NCBI GenBank assembly: GCA_026710325.1
Contig: JAPORH010000130.1
Coordinates: 177 to 64,176, forward strand
DNA length: 64,000 bases
Direction: 5' to 3'
From: Litoreibacter sp.
Lineage (GTDB): Bacteria; Pseudomonadota; Alphaproteobacteria; Rhodobacterales; Rhodobacteraceae
Position 1 is the stretch's first letter. Each line of letters begins with the position of its first letter. The position numbers were made by a program, and so were the translations under genes. Shown piece by piece: positions 60,711 to 64,000 of the stretch. The notes beneath the pieces were generated by a model that worked only from the letters and a program-made list of their open reading frames with translations, was not told the origin of the DNA and did no database searches.

Positions 60711-61462
60711 GCACAGGTATCAGGCGCGCGGCGTGCGAGTTCGAGCGATGCCAAACGGTCCAACAGCTCAGGTTTAATCCGGCCATAGACCGCGGTGCGC
60801 CCAATTAACAGGAAAGGTGTGCCGATGACGGCAAAACGCTCCGCTGCGGCCTGAGACGTTGCCAAGCTCCTTGTGACGCTTGGGCCTTCCATATCTGCGC
60901 GCAGCTTTCCCAGATCGAGGCCGATTTCCTGCCCGATTTTTTCAACGTATGCCTGATTGATGCGCACCACACCGGTATTCAAAAGGCGGTGCATCTGGTC
61001 ATATTGGCCCTGCTTGCGCGCGGCGAGCGCGGCTTTCGCGCCTATGACAGAACCAGGCCCAAGAAGCGGCAACTCGTGATAGCGAAGTACCATCTCCTGA
61101 CTGCGTTGCGTTGCAAGGGTTTTCAAGTCGCGCCCAAGCACCCGGCAATACGGGCAATTGTAGTCCGTAAAGTAGGAGAGTGTGAGGCGGCCGTCGCTTC
61201 CCGCAAACAAGGCCTGACAAAGCGCTGCATCGTCGAGTGGCTGGGGTTTCGAGGGAGTTTCACCCAATCCAATCAACGGGTTGGCGAAGCCGCCGCTCAG
61301 CTGTGCCTCGCTCTCGAGCTTTTGGAACCCGTCCGGCATACCGGCGCTCGTGACGTCGGGTAGGGGACCATAGCGCGCCCAGGCCGAGGGGACGACGCTG
61401 CGCGCGCCCCAGTAGGCCAAGCCGAGACCGGCAAGAGCCAGAAACGCGCGCCGTCCCGACAT
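60707..61462 (-). CDS. DsbA-family thioredoxin-fold protein with twin-arginine-like signal
   Basis: MSGRRAFL; FTDYNCPYC; GTPF. Confidence 0.85.
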   Translation of the reverse strand: MSGRRAFLALAGLGLAYWGARSVVPSAWARYGPLPDVTSAGMPDGFQKLESEAQLSGGFANPLIGLGETPSKPQPLDDAALCQALFAGSDGRLTLSYFTDYNCPYCRVLGRDLKTLATQRSQEMVLRYHELPLLGPGSVIGAKAALAARKQGQYDQMHRLLNTGVVRINQAYVEKIGQEIGLDLGKLRADMEGPSVTRSLATSQAAAERFAVIGTPFLLIGRTAVYGRIKPELLDRLASLELARRAPDTCA

Positions 61463-62836
61463 TTACTTTGCAAGCGCGTCGAGCACGCGGACCCAAGAGC
61501 GGATGCCTTTGTGGAAGCTCGACAGGTCGTATTTTTCATTGGGTGAATGGATTTGGTCGTCGTCTTTCCCGAACCCAATCAACAATGCGTCCATGTCTAG
61601 GATGTCTTTGAAATAGCCCGCGATTGGAATCGACCCGCCACAACCGACGAACGCAGCCTCATTCGGCCATTCGTCTGACAATGCCTGGCGTGCCTTCTCA
61701 AATGCCGGGTGATCGGTGGCCATCTCCGATGCGGCGGATGCCCCATGCGGGGCGAATTCGACCGTGCAATCCTCAGGCAATTGAGCCTGGACAAAGGCAC
61801 GGAAGTTTTCGCGCAGGCGCAACGGGTCCTGCCCGGGAACAAGCCGGAAACTGATCTTGGCGGAGGCCTGCGACGGCAAAACCGTTTTGAAACCGTCGCC
61901 TTGATAGCCGCCTGATATGCCGTTGACCTCGCAGGTCGGACGAGACCAGATCATCTCAAGCCCCGTACGGCCGTCTTCGCCTGCGGGCAGGCCAAGGCCG
62001 ACTTCGCCCAGGAATTCTGCGTTTTCAAAACCCAGATCATTCCATTGCTGCGCTATATCGGCGGGCAGGTCGGCGACGCCATCATAAAAACCCGGCACCA
62101 TGATGCGCCCCGTGTGGTCATGAAGCGAGGCTATGATCTTAGCCAGCACCCGGATTGGGTTGCGCGCGATGCCGCCATACATACCAGAATGCAGGTCCTT
62201 GTTGGGGCCGGTGATGGTAATCTCTTCGCCCAGCAGCCCGCGTAGGCGGGTTACGATAGCTGGCGTGCTGTCGCCAAAGAGCCCGGTGTCGCAGATTAGG
62301 GCAACATCGGCTGTCAGCTCGTCACGATTTTCCTTCATGAATGGGATGAGGGATGGGGAGCCGCTTTCTTCCTCGCCCTCAAAGAAGATCGAGACGCGAT
62401 CGGGGAGGGTGCCGTAAACCGCCTTCCATGCGCGGCAGGCCTCGACAAATGTCATCAACTGCCCCTTGTCGTCGGAGGCGCCACGGCCCCGGATAACCTT
62501 GCCTTTGGCCGTTTTTTCAACGGCGGGCTCAAATGGTGGCTTGGCCCAGAGCTCAATCGGATCAACGGGTTGCACGTCATAGTGGCCGTAGAACATCGCA
62601 TGTGTCCCAGAGCCACGACCATGGGCCACGACCATCGGATGCCCCGGTGTTTCGCGCTTTGAGGCCTCAAAACCGATGCTTTTCAGGTCGGCCACGAGCC
62701 AATCCGCAGCCGCGTCGCAGTCTTTTGCATAGGCAGGATCGGTTGAGATGGATTGAATGCGCAAGAGCTCCAACAAACGGTTGGTTGCTTCCTCAAGGTC
62801 AGAATCGACCTGTGTTAGTACCCGCTCTAATGACAT
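61463..62836 (-). CDS. M20/M25/M40 family dipeptidase
   Basis: GHYDVQP, GRGASDDKGQ, EGEEESGS, DLHSG, HSPNE. Confidence 0.92.
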   Translation of the reverse strand: MSLERVLTQVDSDLEEATNRLLELLRIQSISTDPAYAKDCDAAADWLVADLKSIGFEASKRETPGHPMVVAHGRGSGTHAMFYGHYDVQPVDPIELWAKPPFEPAVEKTAKGKVIRGRGASDDKGQLMTFVEACRAWKAVYGTLPDRVSIFFEGEEESGSPSLIPFMKENRDELTADVALICDTGLFGDSTPAIVTRLRGLLGEEITITGPNKDLHSGMYGGIARNPIRVLAKIIASLHDHTGRIMVPGFYDGVADLPADIAQQWNDLGFENAEFLGEVGLGLPAGEDGRTGLEMIWSRPTCEVNGISGGYQGDGFKTVLPSQASAKISFRLVPGQDPLRLRENFRAFVQAQLPEDCTVEFAPHGASAASEMATDHPAFEKARQALSDEWPNEAAFVGCGGSIPIAGYFKDILDMDALLIGFGKDDDQIHSPNEKYDLSSFHKGIRSWVRVLDALAK

Positions 62837-63161
62837 TTTTTGGCCCCATTTTTGACATATTTCATCTGGGTCTATCAGCCGTTGCCAAACTGTAAAGTAA
62901 AACCCGACATAGGGCGAAACAATGTCTCGTGAGAAGGGTGAACTCTTGGCTTGTTTGGCGACAATCGCCTGAAAACACGCGAGTTTTCGCCCATCTGCTG
63001 GATACCGCTAAGCGTTCAGTAACCAATTTTGTGCAAAGTCGTTGATTGTGGTAATGTTATGGAATTGATCTGATCACTTCCACGTAGGGGCGGCAAATTG
63101 TAGCTGTGCCTCTGCCTCATTCTTGATTTATACGTTTGAAAATTTTTTCGGGATTGCCCAG

Positions 63162-64000
63162 ATGAGCTATACCTCCGCACTCGATGCTGCTTTGAACCGA
63201 CTTCATGACGAAGGACGGTACCGAACGTTTATCGACGTGGAGCGCTCCCGCGGGAATTTCCCGGATGCGATTTGGACCAAGCCCGATGGCTCGCAGCAAA
63301 ATGTAACTATCTGGTGCGGCAATGATTATCTGGGGATGGGGCAACACCCCGTCGTCTTGGAAGCTATGCATGAAGCGCTTGACGCGACCGGTGCTGGGTC
63401 GGGCGGTACGCGCAATATTTCTGGTACGACGGTATATCATAAACAGCTCGAAGCGGAGATCGCGGATTTGCACCAAAAGGAAGCAGCGCTTCTTTTTACC
63501 TCCGCCTATATCGCCAACGACGCCACGCTTTCGACGCTGCCAAAACTATTCCCAGGTTTGGTGATCCTGTCGGATGAACTGAACCACGCCTCGATGATTG
63601 AAGGAATTCGTCGCAATGGCGGGGCCAAAATGGTGTTCAAGCACAATGATATGGAGGATTTGCGGGCGAAACTGGCCTTGCTTCCGGCCAACGCTCCCAA
63701 ACTGATCGCTTTTGAAAGCGTCTATTCCATGGATGATGATTTCGGGCCGATTGAAGCAATTTGCGACCTCGCCAATGAGTTCGGCGCACTGACCTATATG
63801 GACGAGGTGCATGCGGTTGGCATGTATGGACCGCGCGGCGCAGGCATTGCAGAGCGCGACGGCTTGATGGACCGCGTCGACATCATCAATGGCACACTTG
63901 CCAAAGCTTATGGCGTCATGGGGGGCTACATCGCGGCCTCGGCCAAAATGTGTGATGCGGTGCGCTCTTACGCGCCGGGCTTTATTTTCACGACATCCTT
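63162..64000 (+). CDS. hemA: 5-aminolevulinate synthase, 5' part (runs off the window edge)
   Basis: Not in ORF track. MSYTSALD...EGRYRTF...[10 protein letters not shown]...[13 protein letters not shown]...DEVHAVG...GTLAKAYG (PLP lysine). Confidence 0.95.
   Translation, partial: MSYTSALDAALNRLHDEGRYRTFIDVERSRGNFPDAIWTKPDGSQQNVTIWCGNDYLGMGQHPVVLEAMHEALDATGAGSGGTRNISGTTVYHKQLEAEIADLHQKEAALLFTSAYIANDATLSTLPKLFPGLVILSDELNHASMIEGIRRNGGAKMVFKHNDMEDLRAKLALLPANAPKLIAFESVYSMDDDFGPIEAICDLANEFGALTYMDEVHAVGMYGPRGAGIAERDGLMDRVDIINGTLAKAYGVMGGYIAASAKMCDAVRSYAPGFIFTTS

Noticed and set aside
62837-63161. FnrL box upstream of hemA
   Set aside because: Three TTGAT half-sites are present but none is followed by N4-ATCAA or a close match.
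395-63812. Most ORF-track entries overlapping the called genes (e.g. 6825-7532, 24987-25985, 33301-34437, 43161-44144, 56606-57595)
   Set aside because: Antisense or alternate-frame shadows typical of GC-rich coding DNA; no recognisable motifs, and they overlap well-supported genes.
1-64000. rRNA, tRNA, prophage, transposase, intein or CRISPR elements
   Set aside because: None recognised on manual reading; dnaB and radA have normal lengths. A tRNAscan/Infernal run would be needed to exclude short RNAs formally.

Overview
Chromosomal window from a GC-rich alphaproteobacterium; gene content and order point to Rhodobacterales (Roseobacter group), which is an inference. It is mostly housekeeping: purB, tatABC, nlpD-pcm-surE-serS, yajC-secDF, bioY, purF-cvpA-radA, mlaEF-alr, an RND pump, yfgM-bamB-der, dnaB-pyrE-pyrC, gcdH, xdhC, infC, the cysG-cysI-cysH-fpr sulfate assimilation operon and the 5' part of hemA. 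I saw no rRNA, tRNA, CRISPR array, transposase or prophage gene. The best leads are not in the ORF track. (1) Two gaps between convergent genes hold the only perfect CtrA boxes (TTAA-N7-TTAA) I found by manual scan; one precedes a candidate ~170-nt sRNA ending in a terminator with an anti-Shine-Dalgarno-like loop, the other precedes a 20-codon hydrophobic micro-ORF. (2) A low-GC orphan immunity-like gene (DUF1851/Tdi1-like) is bracketed by 160-205 bp inverted repeats, each starting just after the stop codon of der or dnaB. (3) A five-gene glycan-decoration cluster carries unusual domain fusions. (4) A WYL regulator operon has a perfect palindromic operator candidate. Family names come from my recognition of motifs, not from database searches. 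Several start codons were moved from the ORF-track position to the most plausible one.
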